Part shown: positions 10,168-20,960 of the stretch, piece after piece
Layout: each line of letters starts with the position of its first letter
Numbering within the stretch: position 1 is the stretch's first letter
Assembly: GCA_963823335.1 (NCBI GenBank)
Contig: CAWGLD010000005.1
Coordinates: 434,831-498,830 of the forward strand
Length of the DNA stretch: 64,000 nt
DNA from: an uncultured delta proteobacterium
Lineage (GTDB): Bacteria; Desulfobacterota; Desulfobacteria; Desulfobacterales; B30-G6
Direction of reading: 5' to 3'
The notes under the pieces: generated by a model
The model's database searches: none
Seen by the model: only the letters and a program-made list of their open reading frames with translations
Told to the model about the DNA's origin: nothing
Made by a program: the position numbers and the translations under genes

Positions 10168-12096
10168 ATGGCGCGGTTTAACTCGCCTGAAGATTTAGAG
10201 AACTTCAGACAAGAGATATTATCAAAAAGAGACCCAAACAAACCTTGCATTTCCATATGTGCCGGTGCGGGTTGTATTGCATCCGGTGCGGATGAAGTTA
10301 TAACGGCCTTTAGAGCAGAAATTGAGAAAGAGGGTTTACAGGCTGAAGTGCACACCAAAGGGACCGGGTGCCCTGGATTTTGTGAGAGAGGGCCCGTTGT
10401 GGTTATTTATCCCCAGGAGATATGCTATCTCCAGGTAACGGCCGGAGATGTTCCCGAGATTATCTCCCAGACCATAAAAGAGAAGAAGGTCGTTGATCGT
10501 CTGCTCTACAAGGACCCTGTCACAGGAGAACGGGCCATCCATGAATCCGATATTGCTTTTTACAACAGTCAACAGCGCACAGTTCTCTGTAATAATATCA
10601 AGGTCGATTCCAGGAGCATCGATGACTATTTGGCCATAGATGGTTATTCTGCATTGGCCAAAGCCCTTTCACAGATGACCGCTGTAGACGTATTGGAGGA
10701 GGTCAAAAAGTCCAACCTGAGAGGAAGAGGCGGGGCCGGTTTTCCCGCCGGGAGAAAGTGGGAAGGATCCCGCAACGCCCCTGAACCAATTAAATATGTG
10801 ATTGTCAACGCCGATGAGGGTGACCCTGGGGCATTTATGGATAGAGCGCTTCTTGAAGGAAATCCTCATTCCATCCTTGAGGGCTTGATCATCGGTGGTT
10901 ATGCCATCGGCTCTAACGAGGGCTATATTTATGTTCGACAAGAATACCCCCTGGCAGTAAAGAACATAACTCTCGCCATCAAACAGGCCGAAGCCTATGG
11001 GCTGCTGGGGAAAAATATTCTTGGTTCAGGTTTTGAATTCAACGTGTTTGTGCACCAGGGGGCCGGCGCTTTTGTGTGTGGCGAATCAACTGCGCTGATG
11101 ACGGCACTGGAAGGGAGGGTCGGAGAACCTCGACCAAAGTATGTCCGCTCCAACGTCAAGGGGCTCTGGCAAAGACCCAGCGTGTTGAACAATGTCGAAA
11201 CATGGGCCAATGTGCCGCTCATCATCAATAATGGTGCGGACTGGTTTACCCAAATTGGCACCGAAGGCAGCAAGGGCACGAAGATCTTTTCTCTGGTCGG
11301 TAAGATAACCAATACAGGGCTTGTGGAAGTGCCCATGGGCATGACCCTGAAAGATATCATCTACAAGATCGGAGGGGGTATCCCTGGTGGCAAGAAATTC
11401 AAAGCAGTTCAGACCGGAGGACCTTCCGGGGGGTGTATTCCAGAGAGCCAGTTGGATTTGGAAGTTGGATTCGATGAACTTACCAAGGCCGGCTCAATGA
11501 TGGGATCCGGGGGGATGATTGTCATGGATGAAGATACCTGTATGGTGGATGTTGCCAGGTATTTCATTAACTTTCTTACGGATGAATCCTGCGGCAAATG
11601 CGTGCCCTGCCGTGAAGGTCTTCGTCAGATGCATCGGATTCTGACGAATATCACTCAAGGAAAGGGCAAAGAGAGTGACATAGAACTTTTAGAGACGCTG
11701 TCTGAGACAGCCGTTGAAGCCTCTCTTTGTGCTTTAGGTAAAAGTGCCCCGAACCCTTTTCTGAGCACCTTACGCTACTTCAGGGATGAGTATGAGGCCC
11801 ATATCAAAGAGAAACGATGCCCGGCCCTGTCCTGTAAAGAACTGATCGCTTTCTATATTGAGCCGGGTAAGTGCCAGGCTTGCGGGATCTGCTATAAGAA
11901 GTGCCCTGCAGAGGCCATATACGGCGGCAAGAAAAAAATCCATATCATTGACCAGGAAAAATGCACCACCTGTGGTACCTGCTTTGAAGTTTGTCCTTCA
12001 CGATTTGGTGCGGTGATAAAAATATCAGGCGAACCTGTTCCATTGCCTATCCCTGAAGAAGAAAGAATTATAATTCGAAAGAGCAAAGAAAAATGA
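10168..12096 (+). CDS. bamH: Class II BCR NuoF-like NADH/flavin-binding subunit
   Basis: LRGRGGAGFPAG, NADEGDPGAFMDR, GAGAFVCGE, ESCGKCVPCREG, and C-terminal 2x[4Fe-4S]. Confidence 0.93.
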   Translation: MARFNSPEDLENFRQEILSKRDPNKPCISICAGAGCIASGADEVITAFRAEIEKEGLQAEVHTKGTGCPGFCERGPVVVIYPQEICYLQVTAGDVPEIISQTIKEKKVVDRLLYKDPVTGERAIHESDIAFYNSQQRTVLCNNIKVDSRSIDDYLAIDGYSALAKALSQMTAVDVLEEVKKSNLRGRGGAGFPAGRKWEGSRNAPEPIKYVIVNADEGDPGAFMDRALLEGNPHSILEGLIIGGYAIGSNEGYIYVRQEYPLAVKNITLAIKQAEAYGLLGKNILGSGFEFNVFVHQGAGAFVCGESTALMTALEGRVGEPRPKYVRSNVKGLWQRPSVLNNVETWANVPLIINNGADWFTQIGTEGSKGTKIFSLVGKITNTGLVEVPMGMTLKDIIYKIGGGIPGGKKFKAVQTGGPSGGCIPESQLDLEVGFDELTKAGSMMGSGGMIVMDEDTCMVDVARYFINFLTDESCGKCVPCREGLRQMHRILTNITQGKGKESDIELLETLSETAVEASLCALGKSAPNPFLSTLRYFRDEYEAHIKEKRCPALSCKELIAFYIEPGKCQACGICYKKCPAEAIYGGKKKIHIIDQEKCTTCGTCFEVCPSRFGAVIKISGEPVPLPIPEEERIIIRKSKEK

Positions 12097-12683
12097 GTGA
12101 AATCTTTTTACAGATAGATGGAAAAGAAGTGAAAACAACCGAAGGAACGACCGTCCTGGAGGCCGCCCAAAGTGCGGGAATCTATATTCCCACGCTCTGT
12201 CACCACGAAAAGCTGGAACCGTTTGGGGGTTGCCGAATTTGCATCGTGGAAGTAGAATCGCGCGGCTGGACCAGGCTCGTTGTTTCCTGTGTTTACCCGG
12301 TGGAAGACAAATTGATCGTCAAAACCAGATCCGCGAAAATCGATAGAATACGCAAAACCATTTTAGAGCTATTGCTGGCTCATGCCCCGAACTCACGGGT
12401 CTTGCAGGATCTGGCTCAGGCGTATGGAGCAGAAAAAAACCGTTTCCCAAAAGAAACCTCGTTTTGTATTCATTGCGGTCTATGTGTAAGATACTGTGCC
12501 GAGGTCAAGAAGAAGAACGCTGTTGGATTCGTTGACAGAGGGATAAGTAAAGAGATCAGTTTTATTCCGGAAATTGCCTCTAAGGAATGCAATGACTGCA
12601 AGGAGTGTTTTCCCCTCTGTCCAACATCGTATCTTCAGGCGGCTTTTGTTTTGACCCAAGCCCTTGCGTTCGCTAAACAATAA
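12093..12683 (+). CDS. bamI: Class II BCR NuoG-N-terminal-like Fe-S subunit
   Basis: IPTLC, GGCRICIVE, CIHCGLCVRYC; ATGA overlap with bamH. Confidence 0.9.
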   Translation: MSEIFLQIDGKEVKTTEGTTVLEAAQSAGIYIPTLCHHEKLEPFGGCRICIVEVESRGWTRLVVSCVYPVEDKLIVKTRSAKIDRIRKTILELLLAHAPNSRVLQDLAQAYGAEKNRFPKETSFCIHCGLCVRYCAEVKKKNAVGFVDRGISKEISFIPEIASKECNDCKECFPLCPTSYLQAAFVLTQALAFAKQ

Positions 12684-12803
12684 GCCATAAGCTGTAAGCA
12701 GCTCATAGCTTACAGCTTAAAAGTGTTTTCGTGAAGATGTTCAGCTAAAAACCCAATACCTAAAAATCTATTTATGGAATAGCTAAAAAAGCAGGAGGAT
12801 ATT

Positions 12804-13589
12804 TTGAAAATTCTCACAACAGTAAAAAAAGTAGTTGATGTGGAATTGACCCTCCACGTTGAGAACGGTGCCATCGTTGAAGACGGTTTGCAGTATGTCA
12901 TGAATGCCTGGGATGAAAACGCGGTGGAGGCCACGGTACAACTCAAGGAAAATAGCAACGCCGAAACAACTCTGGTCAGTATCGGTGGCGGTGAAGAAAA
13001 CACTAAAATTATTCGCAAAGGCTTTGCCATGGGCATTGAAAACGGGATTCAGATCGATGATCCGGCCTTGGACAAGGCGGACGCATCCATCTTTGCCAAG
13101 GTACTGCAAAAAGTCTATGAGAAGGGAAACTATGATCTTGTTATCCTGGGAAAACAGGCCCAGGATACCGACAATGGACAAACCGGGATCCTCTTTGCAG
13201 AGTATCAGGGCTTGCCATGCGTAAGTAATGTCATTGCCATCCAAGTGATGGACGATCAGCATATAAAGGTTTCCAGATTGGGGGATGCCGGAACAGAAAA
13301 TGTTGAATTGGAAATGCCCGCCGTGGTTACGGTTAGTGATAGTATCAACGAACCCCGGCTGACCCAGATGCGCGGTATCATGATGGCAAAGAAAAAGAAA
13401 ATAGATGTCATGGATCTGGCTGCGTTAGGGACGTCGATTGATGAAATCGGAGGTGTGGGTCCGAAATCGGAAGTCGCTGAATTTATGGCTTCGGAATCAC
13501 GTAAGGCCGGGCAAAAATATGAAGGCGATGCTGCTGAAATTACCGCCCAGGTTGTCGGTCTTTTGGTTAATGAAGCCAAAGTACTATAG
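12804..13589 (+). CDS. etfB: Electron transfer flavoprotein beta subunit
   Basis: MNAWDENAVE, GKQAQDTDNGQ, INEPR; TTG start after the AGGAGG RBS. Confidence 0.92.
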   Translation: MKILTTVKKVVDVELTLHVENGAIVEDGLQYVMNAWDENAVEATVQLKENSNAETTLVSIGGGEENTKIIRKGFAMGIENGIQIDDPALDKADASIFAKVLQKVYEKGNYDLVILGKQAQDTDNGQTGILFAEYQGLPCVSNVIAIQVMDDQHIKVSRLGDAGTENVELEMPAVVTVSDSINEPRLTQMRGIMMAKKKKIDVMDLAALGTSIDEIGGVGPKSEVAEFMASESRKAGQKYEGDAAEITAQVVGLLVNEAKVL

Positions 13590-13683
13590 CCTAAGGTGAG
13601 TGTTACAAAATTTAAGGATATGTAATTTTTCCCTACGCTGAAAGCAGCGGGGAAAATCAACTATCATATAAGGATAAATTATT

Positions 13684-14643
13684 ATGGCGAAAATACTCGT
13701 AATCGCAGAAATCAAAGAAGGTGTTCTAAAAGGCAGCACCAGGGAACTTTTGTCAAAAGCCAAAACCATGGGGGCGGAAACAGCTGTTGTTGGGATTGGC
13801 AGCAATATCGAATCGTTAATTCCAGACATGGTAAGCGCCGGTTCCGATACCCAGTATGTCGTCGATGATCCAGGTTTGGAGCTGTTTTCAGCCGGCCCAT
13901 ACGCAGCCTGTGTCGTCGATGCAGCCAAGCAATTTGGAGCCAAGTTAATCTGGTTCGGTTTTTCCGAAAGCGGCAAAGCCGCCGCCCCGAGGGTTGCCGC
14001 TCAACTGGATGCTGCCTGTGCCACTGAAATCACCGACGTGGTGCTTTACGGGGATCAAATCGAAGTTGTCAGACCCGCCATTGCCAACAAGGTGATGCAA
14101 CGCGTCAAAATCAATACCGAGCAACTGGTAGCGGTTGTCAGAGCGGGTGCGTTCGAGGCGGCGGAAGGAATCACGGGAACGGAAAACGTCATAAAACTTT
14201 CTCCTCCAGCCCCTGATTTAAAGGCCGTGATCAAGGAACTCGTGTCGGATGCAAGCGGTGAAATCGATCTTGCCGATGCCAACATCGTCATTTCCGTGGG
14301 ACGCGGCGTGAAAGATCAAACCGGAGTCGATCTTGTAAAAGAGCTGGCTACTGATTTAAAAGCCGGTTTTGGCTCTTCGCGTGCCATGGTCGATGCGGGT
14401 TTCATGGCCCACAATAAACAAGTCGGGCAAACCGGTAAAATTGTTGCACCTTCCCTGTATATGGCCATCGGTATTTCCGGCGCCATACAGCATCTTGCCG
14501 GAATGAACGGTTCAAAAGTGATCCTGGCGGTCAATAAAGATCCCGAAGCCCCCATATTCAATGTGGCTGACTATGGTATCGTCGGAGACCTGTTCGAAGT
14601 GGTGCCGATTCTGCGGGAGGAAATAAAAAAGCTCAGAGCTTAA
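13684..14643 (+). CDS. etfA: Electron transfer flavoprotein alpha subunit
   Basis: [27 protein letters not shown]. Confidence 0.95.
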   Translation: MAKILVIAEIKEGVLKGSTRELLSKAKTMGAETAVVGIGSNIESLIPDMVSAGSDTQYVVDDPGLELFSAGPYAACVVDAAKQFGAKLIWFGFSESGKAAAPRVAAQLDAACATEITDVVLYGDQIEVVRPAIANKVMQRVKINTEQLVAVVRAGAFEAAEGITGTENVIKLSPPAPDLKAVIKELVSDASGEIDLADANIVISVGRGVKDQTGVDLVKELATDLKAGFGSSRAMVDAGFMAHNKQVGQTGKIVAPSLYMAIGISGAIQHLAGMNGSKVILAVNKDPEAPIFNVADYGIVGDLFEVVPILREEIKKLRA

Positions 14644-14707
14644 CCCTGCCAGATCGATGGGAGGTAAGCATAAATCATGGCTCATCGAGTAAAAGAATAA
14701 ATATTTA

Positions 14708-14786
14708 ATCACGAAAACACGAAAGGACGAAAACACGAAAAGATCATTATTAATTTCGTGTTTTCTATATTTCGTGTTTTCGTGAT
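14708..14786. repeat. CACGAAA-unit inverted-arm element, copy 3 (etfA-EMO gap)
   Basis: ATCACGAAAACACGAAAGGACGAAAACACGAAA-13 nt-TTTCGTGTTTT.....TTTCGTGTTTTCGTGAT. Confidence 0.85.
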
Positions 14787-14849
14787 ATTTTTAACCCAAA
14801 ACCAAAAATACTAAACACCAAACCCAAAACCAAACTCACAAAGGTAGCC

Positions 14850-16958
14850 ATGAATCCTCTGCTCATGTCTTTGCTCCTCATTGTCGGGCTGGCGATATTC
14901 GGTCGTACAATAGTCCATAAGATTCGATTGCTGATGGCGCTCGAACCCGCCGGCAGGATCAATCACTTCAAAGCACGGCTCAAGAATTTAATGGTTCTGG
15001 CAATGGGTCAGAAGCGCCTGGTGGGAAGGAGAAAGGAGCGTGCTTCTGGGTTAATGCACGCCTTGATCTTCTGGGGATTCTGCATCCTGTTGATACGCAG
15101 CCTGACACTATATGGCGAAGGATTTGTGCATGGGTATACCCTGCCTTTATTTGGTGATCATTACTTGCTGGGGTATCTCTATATCGCCCTGAAGGACATT
15201 ATGGAGGGCATTGTGCTGCTGATGGTCATTTACGCTATCATCCGCAGAGCTGTTTTTAAGCCGGAACGGCTGCACAATACATGGGAAGCATATTTTGTAT
15301 TGGGAATGATTGGTGTTTTGATGATTTCAGACCTCCTGTATGATGGCGCCCGCTATAACTTGATTGTGCAGCATAACAACCTGGCGCAGCTTCATTTTTT
15401 CAATAACCCCCAGTATGGCTCCGAGTTTCTTTGGACACCTGTTTCCGTGGGGGCAGGGGCCTTCATATCCGGTATGAATGCCAATGCCGTCGGCTATATC
15501 ATGGTCTGCATGTTCTGGCTGCATATCATCACCCAGTTGACCTTTCTCAATTTTTTGCCTTTGGGAAAACACTTTCATGTCATCACCGCACTTCCCAATG
15601 TTTTTTTTAAAAAACTGGGATATCCCCACCAAAAAACCAGACTTCTGGATTTGGAGGATGAAGCGGCCTGGGAAGACGAATCCCTGGGAATCAATCACAT
15701 CCATCAGCTCAACTGGAAACAGGGCCTGGATCTTTACACCTGCACGGAGTGCGGCCGTTGTAAGGAGGTTTGCCCCACATATATCACTGAAAAACCGTTA
15801 AACCTGCATGACTTCAATGACAAACTGAAACTGGAGCTTTTCGATAACGCAGACAATATTATCAAAAGAGCGAAATTGTCTGCCAAGATCAAACAAAATA
15901 CCGACATCGATCAGACAGATAACATAAAATCGGAGATGGTCCAGCTAAACAGCCAAAAGCAGCTGATTGGTGACGTGATATCCCAAGAGACGCTCTGGGC
16001 CTGTACCACCTGCCGTGCCTGTGAAGAGGTTTGCCCGGTGACCATCGAACATGTTCCACGTATTATGGCCATGAGGCAGGGGCAGACCTTGATGGCTGAA
16101 ACCTATCCCAAAGAGTTGAATACAGCTCTCAAGGGACTTGAGCGCAATGGCAACCCATGGGGAATCGGGTATGATAAACGTGCCGATTGGGCAAATGGAT
16201 TAAACGTCAAAACAATGGCGGATAATACCGATGCCGACTATTTACTCTGGGTCGGCTGTGCCGGGTCCTTCGATGATCGCACAAAAAAAGTTTCCACCAG
16301 TCTGGTCAAGATCCTGCAAAAAGCCAATGTTGACTTCGCAATTCTGGGTGTGGAAGAAAAATGCACCGGTGACTTTGCCAGACGTGTTGGCAATGAGATG
16401 TTGTTCCAGATGATGGCTCAGGAAAACATAGAAACCTTGAACAATTACAAGGTCAAAAAAATTATTGCGGCCTGCCCCCATTGTCTCAATACCATAAAAC
16501 ATGAGTATCCCCAAATGGGCGGCAATTATCACGTGGTCCATCATTCAGAATTCATCGCTCAACTCGTGAAAGAGGGCCGAATTACCTTAAACAAATCATT
16601 GGCAGGATCTTTGACCTACCATGACCCTTGTTATTTGGGACGCTACAATTCAATATATGAGCAACCCAGATCGATATTGAAATCCATATCAAAAGAGGGG
16701 CTCAAAGAACTCCAGCGGCATGGTCGGGAAAGTTTTTGTTGTGGCGCCGGTGGGGGGAGGATGTGGATGGAGGAAACCATCGGTAAGAGAATCAATCTGG
16801 AACGGGCACAAGAAATTGCTGGTCAGCAGATAGCCAATGTGGCGGTCGGCTGTCCGTTCTGCTTGACCATGATTGAAGACGGCATGAAAGAACTAGATAA
16901 AGACGAGCAAGTCAAGACACTGGATATCGCTGAGCTGGTGGCAAACAATATGACGTGA
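14850..16958 (+). CDS. Membrane Fe-S oxidoreductase, ETF:menaquinone oxidoreductase (EMO/FadF) type
   Basis: N-terminal transmembrane region with conserved His (MHALIFWGF, WLH, KHFH), two CxxCxxCxxxC motifs, CCG domains; directly after etfBA. Confidence 0.85.
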   Translation: MNPLLMSLLLIVGLAIFGRTIVHKIRLLMALEPAGRINHFKARLKNLMVLAMGQKRLVGRRKERASGLMHALIFWGFCILLIRSLTLYGEGFVHGYTLPLFGDHYLLGYLYIALKDIMEGIVLLMVIYAIIRRAVFKPERLHNTWEAYFVLGMIGVLMISDLLYDGARYNLIVQHNNLAQLHFFNNPQYGSEFLWTPVSVGAGAFISGMNANAVGYIMVCMFWLHIITQLTFLNFLPLGKHFHVITALPNVFFKKLGYPHQKTRLLDLEDEAAWEDESLGINHIHQLNWKQGLDLYTCTECGRCKEVCPTYITEKPLNLHDFNDKLKLELFDNADNIIKRAKLSAKIKQNTDIDQTDNIKSEMVQLNSQKQLIGDVISQETLWACTTCRACEEVCPVTIEHVPRIMAMRQGQTLMAETYPKELNTALKGLERNGNPWGIGYDKRADWANGLNVKTMADNTDADYLLWVGCAGSFDDRTKKVSTSLVKILQKANVDFAILGVEEKCTGDFARRVGNEMLFQMMAQENIETLNNYKVKKIIAACPHCLNTIKHEYPQMGGNYHVVHHSEFIAQLVKEGRITLNKSLAGSLTYHDPCYLGRYNSIYEQPRSILKSISKEGLKELQRHGRESFCCGAGGGRMWMEETIGKRINLERAQEIAGQQIANVAVGCPFCLTMIEDGMKELDKDEQVKTLDIAELVANNMT

Positions 16959-17127
16959 GCATAGGTTACTACGGCAACTTATACAATCGCTCAACTTAGG
17001 TTAAGCATCTCACTCGACCCCTTGTTGAATGCTAGGACGCTAGAATGCTTGGAAGCTGGGATGCTGCTGTTTGCTTATAGCTGTCAGCCACCCTCGAACC
17101 CTTGTATCACCCTCGGACCTTTGAACC

Positions 17128-17760
17128 CTATGTATTAAAAGGCAGCCACAAGAAGACGGTTACATCCCAGAGAGTATGGCTGACAACGTTCAGTGTGATG
17201 GAACCGTACCGGAGATACAGGTATCCCCAGAACAGGCCACACACAGCGGCTGCCAGAACGAGCATGGCATTGCCGCTGCCTAGATGAACGAGCGTATAAA
17301 TGGCGGTTGCCAAGAAAAAACCCATATATTTGCCTGTCTTTTCTTGAAGTCTGCGCTGAAGAAATCCCCGCCAGAAAAGTTCTTCCCCGGGCCCGATAAT
17401 GAAAAACATCAGAACGGCGATGCGAAACCTGGAGGCGCCCATCTTGAACGCATAGACATCCTGGATACCACTCCCCGCAAAGGAAAAGATGTTTCTCGAA
17501 AGGAAATTTCCTACAGCAAAAACCAGGTATAAAAGCACTGCAGAAAGGACACCCATACCGATCTTGAAATGGATGTTTCCAGCCAAATCCTGGCTCAGGG
17601 AAGAACGCCAAGCCGGGTCAAAAAAGGCGGCGATGGCAATCAGAATGATCAGATTGGCGGAGAGCCACCACCAGAAATCGATGGGTCCCAAGCCTCTTGT
17701 GACGAATAAAGGTACAAAAAGAATGGTGGCTAAAAGGGTTGTCGAGACAATCAATTTCAT
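17128..17760 (-). CDS. CPBP (CAAX/Abi) intramembrane glutamic endopeptidase
   Basis: EELFWRG, YTLVH, SHTLWD motifs; hydrophobic. Confidence 0.9.
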   Translation of the reverse strand: MKLIVSTTLLATILFVPLFVTRGLGPIDFWWWLSANLIILIAIAAFFDPAWRSSLSQDLAGNIHFKIGMGVLSAVLLYLVFAVGNFLSRNIFSFAGSGIQDVYAFKMGASRFRIAVLMFFIIGPGEELFWRGFLQRRLQEKTGKYMGFFLATAIYTLVHLGSGNAMLVLAAAVCGLFWGYLYLRYGSITLNVVSHTLWDVTVFLWLPFNT

Positions 17761-17817
17761 ACAACATAGCCTAACTGATTAAATTAATAGCGATAATTAT
17801 CTAAATCCAAGGGAAGC

Positions 17818-18825
17818 TTAATTAAACAGTCCAGACAGAATCGCATCAAGCCCCAGTGCAACGGTACAAAGAATGCCGAAAAAAAGATTCAGTTGAGCTG
17901 TTTCCCCATCCAGCGCAATGAAATCAAGCGGCATTACCGGATTCTTTCTTCGTTGTCCTTTTCTAATAAGCTTAATAGCCTTGGGAATGGCAAAAAAAGT
18001 TACCAGGAATGTCATGGGCATTTGTGGTTGCAGCCCACTAATGATCGATAGAAGCAAGTACAACAAAATGATGACAAAGGGAGAGAGGAGCAGAAAGATA
18101 TAGTAGCCTTCCGAAGCCTTATCCCCCAAAAGACTGGCCATTGTCTGGATACCTCCGGCCTGATCACTCTGAATGTCACGCCAATTATTAGCGTGTAGGA
18201 TGCCGACGACGAATATGGACATGGGTATGGCCCAGAGAGCCGGTGTCCAGGAAAGGGTGCCGGTCTGAACCGTCCAGGCACCCAGGGAACCGAGGACACC
18301 GAAATTCAGGAAAACGGCAAGATCTCCCAGGGCATTGAATTTCAAGGGTATGGGGCCCCATGTATAGAATCCACCCACGGCAACACCCGTTATACCGATC
18401 CAGAGGATGGGTTTGCCCACACGGCTTAGGATGAACAGGCCGATCATGCTACCGATCAACAGGAAGAACAACCCTGCCCTCAATGCCTGGGCAGGTGTAA
18501 TCCAGCCCCGGACTACGGCACCACTGACGGGATTGACGTTTCGATCGACACCTTTTTTAAAGTCAAAAACATCGTTGAGCAGGTTGCTGCCGGTGTGCAG
18601 AAACACCATGCCGAAAAAGGCAGCGATAAAGTGGACCAGATTGAACGGTGTGTTGCCGATGGTGATGGCCAGAACAGTGCCAAAAATAACCGACATGGTC
18701 GAGGCCGGTAAGGCGAATGGGCGTGTGGCAACCAGCCATTTTTTCAGCCATGAGGGTAGTGGCTGGTCCGGCGTTGAATGATTTCTCATTTCCGCTTCTT
18801 TCATCAACAAACAATTTCCTTTCAC
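17818..18825 (-). CDS. menA: UbiA/MenA-family prenyltransferase (probable DHNA polyprenyltransferase); start may be slightly downstream
   Basis: ATRPFAL, NLLNDVFDFKKGVD, NNWRDIQSD Asp-rich motifs. Confidence 0.75.
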   Translation of the reverse strand: MKGNCLLMKEAEMRNHSTPDQPLPSWLKKWLVATRPFALPASTMSVIFGTVLAITIGNTPFNLVHFIAAFFGMVFLHTGSNLLNDVFDFKKGVDRNVNPVSGAVVRGWITPAQALRAGLFFLLIGSMIGLFILSRVGKPILWIGITGVAVGGFYTWGPIPLKFNALGDLAVFLNFGVLGSLGAWTVQTGTLSWTPALWAIPMSIFVVGILHANNWRDIQSDQAGGIQTMASLLGDKASEGYYIFLLLSPFVIILLYLLLSIISGLQPQMPMTFLVTFFAIPKAIKLIRKGQRRKNPVMPLDFIALDGETAQLNLFFGILCTVALGLDAILSGLFN

Positions 18826-18861
18826 TATAAATTATGAACCCTGACAGCGAGCAAATTTCCC

Positions 18862-20637
18862 TTACACATAAAGACCATATGTGGAGCCATTTTTCAGGTT
18901 CACATAACCCTCTTCGCATATTCTTAAAAAAGGTATGGCCGCACCGGTGAGTGTTATAATTGTCAACAGCGGGTCCGGAAACGGAACACCGCGATCCTTC
19001 AGGGCCTTTTTCAGGGCCGATATCCGTGTTACCAATTCCGTGGTCTGGAGATCCGATATCAAACCCCAAATCGGCAAGGGGACTTCGGCCACAATGTGGT
19101 TCTTTTCACACAAAACATATCCTCCCTGCAAGGCATGTATACGGTTGACGGCAGATGCCATATCATGGTCATTGGCGCCGATAACGATAATATCGGAGGT
19201 GTCCCATGCGGCGCTACTGGCAAAAGCGCCCGATTTAAGACCGAAACCTTTGACAAGACCTACAAAGGCTTTTCCCTGCTCATGTTGTCGATCTATGGCG
19301 GCCACTTTCAGTAGGTCCTGATCAATGTCGCTGGTGATAGTGTCGCCAACTGCAGGCAAGGTCAGGTGAATTTCTTTTGTGACGAGATCGGTAATCATTT
19401 CCATAGCGCGAACAGACCTTATCGCCGATTGTGATCCTGATTCAAGAGCAAAATCATCCGGCTCGAATTGCTTTGCAAGGTGGACAGTATGACGGCTTTC
19501 ATTGGAATAGGCATGCGGACGCGGTGGAACGAGAAGCGCGTCGTTGTCGAAAACGATCCGGCCGTTGCTAATAACCGTCAGGGGTTGGATGGTGGATATG
19601 TCCGGAATGACGAGCATATCTGCAAATCTGCCCGGCGCAATGCCACCGATCAAATGATCCACGGCAAAATGCTCGGCTACATTCAGTGTGGCCATCTGAA
19701 CAGCAGCAACAGGGTCGAAACCGTAGGTGATGGCTTTTTGAACGACGTACTCCATGTATCCTTTTTCCAAAAGATCGTCCGGGTGAATTCCGTCTGTAAC
19801 CAGGATCAACCTTCTTAGATCCACCTGGGTTTTGCTTATCTTCGCAATCTCTTTCAGGTCTCTACGAATGCTGCCTTCCCGGGCCATGACGTGAATTCCA
19901 AGTCGCAAACGCTGTATGACTTCATCGGCTTTTATGGGTTCGTGACACGATGTAATGCCCGTGGCAACATAAGCATTCAGTTTTTTGTCACTGGCACCGG
20001 CGGAATGTCCTTCCAGGATTTTGCCTGATGCCAATGTTTGGGCGAAACGTGGGAGCAGAATGTCCGGCTGCTGTAAAACACTCTGCCAGTACGATTCGCC
20101 TAATCCAACAACCTTGTCGGATGACAAAAGTTGTTTTAAATCCTGCATGGGCATATGGCCGGCCTTCCGGCTGATGGAGGCCATGGCAGGTGCCGTGGCG
20201 AGAAATTTTATGGGTTGGTTTTCCAGAGATGCCAGAAATTCCTGGACCGCAGCTATACCGCCCACCGGATAAAGTTCCAGTGTCTCTGTGACAATGGTTG
20301 TGGTGCCACCCGGGATGATATAGCGTAAATATTCGTCGATGGTGCACATCCATCCAAGATGGGTGTGACCGTCGATCAGCCCGGGAATAAGGGTCTTGCC
20401 GGCGGCATCGACGACGATGGTTTCAGATCCGATGGCGTCTTGGGCGTCTTCGCCCACATAGGCAATCCGTTTGTCAACGACGCTGACAGATTGTTTTTTC
20501 AACAACTCGCCCGTGTATACATTCAGTAGCATTGCATTGACAACAACCAGATCGGCTGGTGCGTTACCAAGCGCAACATCCATCAATTTATTAGCGTCTC
20601 TGGACATTGTCCATGGTGATGTTTTCTGGGTGGTCAT
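18862..20637 (-). CDS. ade: Adenine deaminase family amidohydrolase
   Basis: PGLIDGHTH, EGH, CHE, REGS, VTD, GGIAPGRFAD. Confidence 0.8.
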   Translation of the reverse strand: MTTQKTSPWTMSRDANKLMDVALGNAPADLVVVNAMLLNVYTGELLKKQSVSVVDKRIAYVGEDAQDAIGSETIVVDAAGKTLIPGLIDGHTHLGWMCTIDEYLRYIIPGGTTTIVTETLELYPVGGIAAVQEFLASLENQPIKFLATAPAMASISRKAGHMPMQDLKQLLSSDKVVGLGESYWQSVLQQPDILLPRFAQTLASGKILEGHSAGASDKKLNAYVATGITSCHEPIKADEVIQRLRLGIHVMAREGSIRRDLKEIAKISKTQVDLRRLILVTDGIHPDDLLEKGYMEYVVQKAITYGFDPVAAVQMATLNVAEHFAVDHLIGGIAPGRFADMLVIPDISTIQPLTVISNGRIVFDNDALLVPPRPHAYSNESRHTVHLAKQFEPDDFALESGSQSAIRSVRAMEMITDLVTKEIHLTLPAVGDTITSDIDQDLLKVAAIDRQHEQGKAFVGLVKGFGLKSGAFASSAAWDTSDIIVIGANDHDMASAVNRIHALQGGYVLCEKNHIVAEVPLPIWGLISDLQTTELVTRISALKKALKDRGVPFPDPLLTIITLTGAAIPFLRICEEGYVNLKNGSTYGLYV

Positions 20638-20650
20638 CTAACATCTCCTT

Positions 20651-20794
20651 AGTGCCCATCCACACATGGTCTTTTTCCGCGATATCGGCGTTGGACGCCA
20701 TGATTTAACTCCTCAAAATAGAACGCTATTACTCCGGGTTAAATCTGTCGTCCGCCTTGATCTCACGAAAAATCCTCATTTCTGGACGGATACT
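20651..20794. mobile_element. MITE of about 145 bp, copy 1, 4-bp TSD CCTT
   Basis: Imperfect TIRs AGTGCCCATCCACACATG / CATTTCTGGACGGATACT; CCTT at 20647-20650 and 20795-20798; reverse-complement homolog at 23203-23351. Confidence 0.8.
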
Positions 20795-20824
20795 CCTTAG
20801 AATATAGCATTTTTTGTTATAAAA

Positions 20825-20866
20825 GCGACAACGTCGCGACAAATAAAATCGTGCAACGATTTTATT
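20825..20866. repeat. About 42-bp double-hairpin REP-like repeat (representative copy)
   Basis: GCGAC-AAC-GTCGC..ATAAAATCG-N5-CGATTTTAT; related copies near 22378, 33584, 34940, 35445, 36619, 37044, 50469. Confidence 0.75.
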
Positions 20867-20960
20867 AATGGTTGAAAAACAAACGATTGTAAAGCATAAA
20901 TAAATACGCAACGCGTATTTATCGATCGCGGCCATGCCGCTCTACTTATGAGGATGTCAT

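Noticed and set aside
1997-20353. Numerous short antisense or alternate-frame ORFs in the track
   Set aside because: They overlap well-supported genes and show no recognisable motifs.
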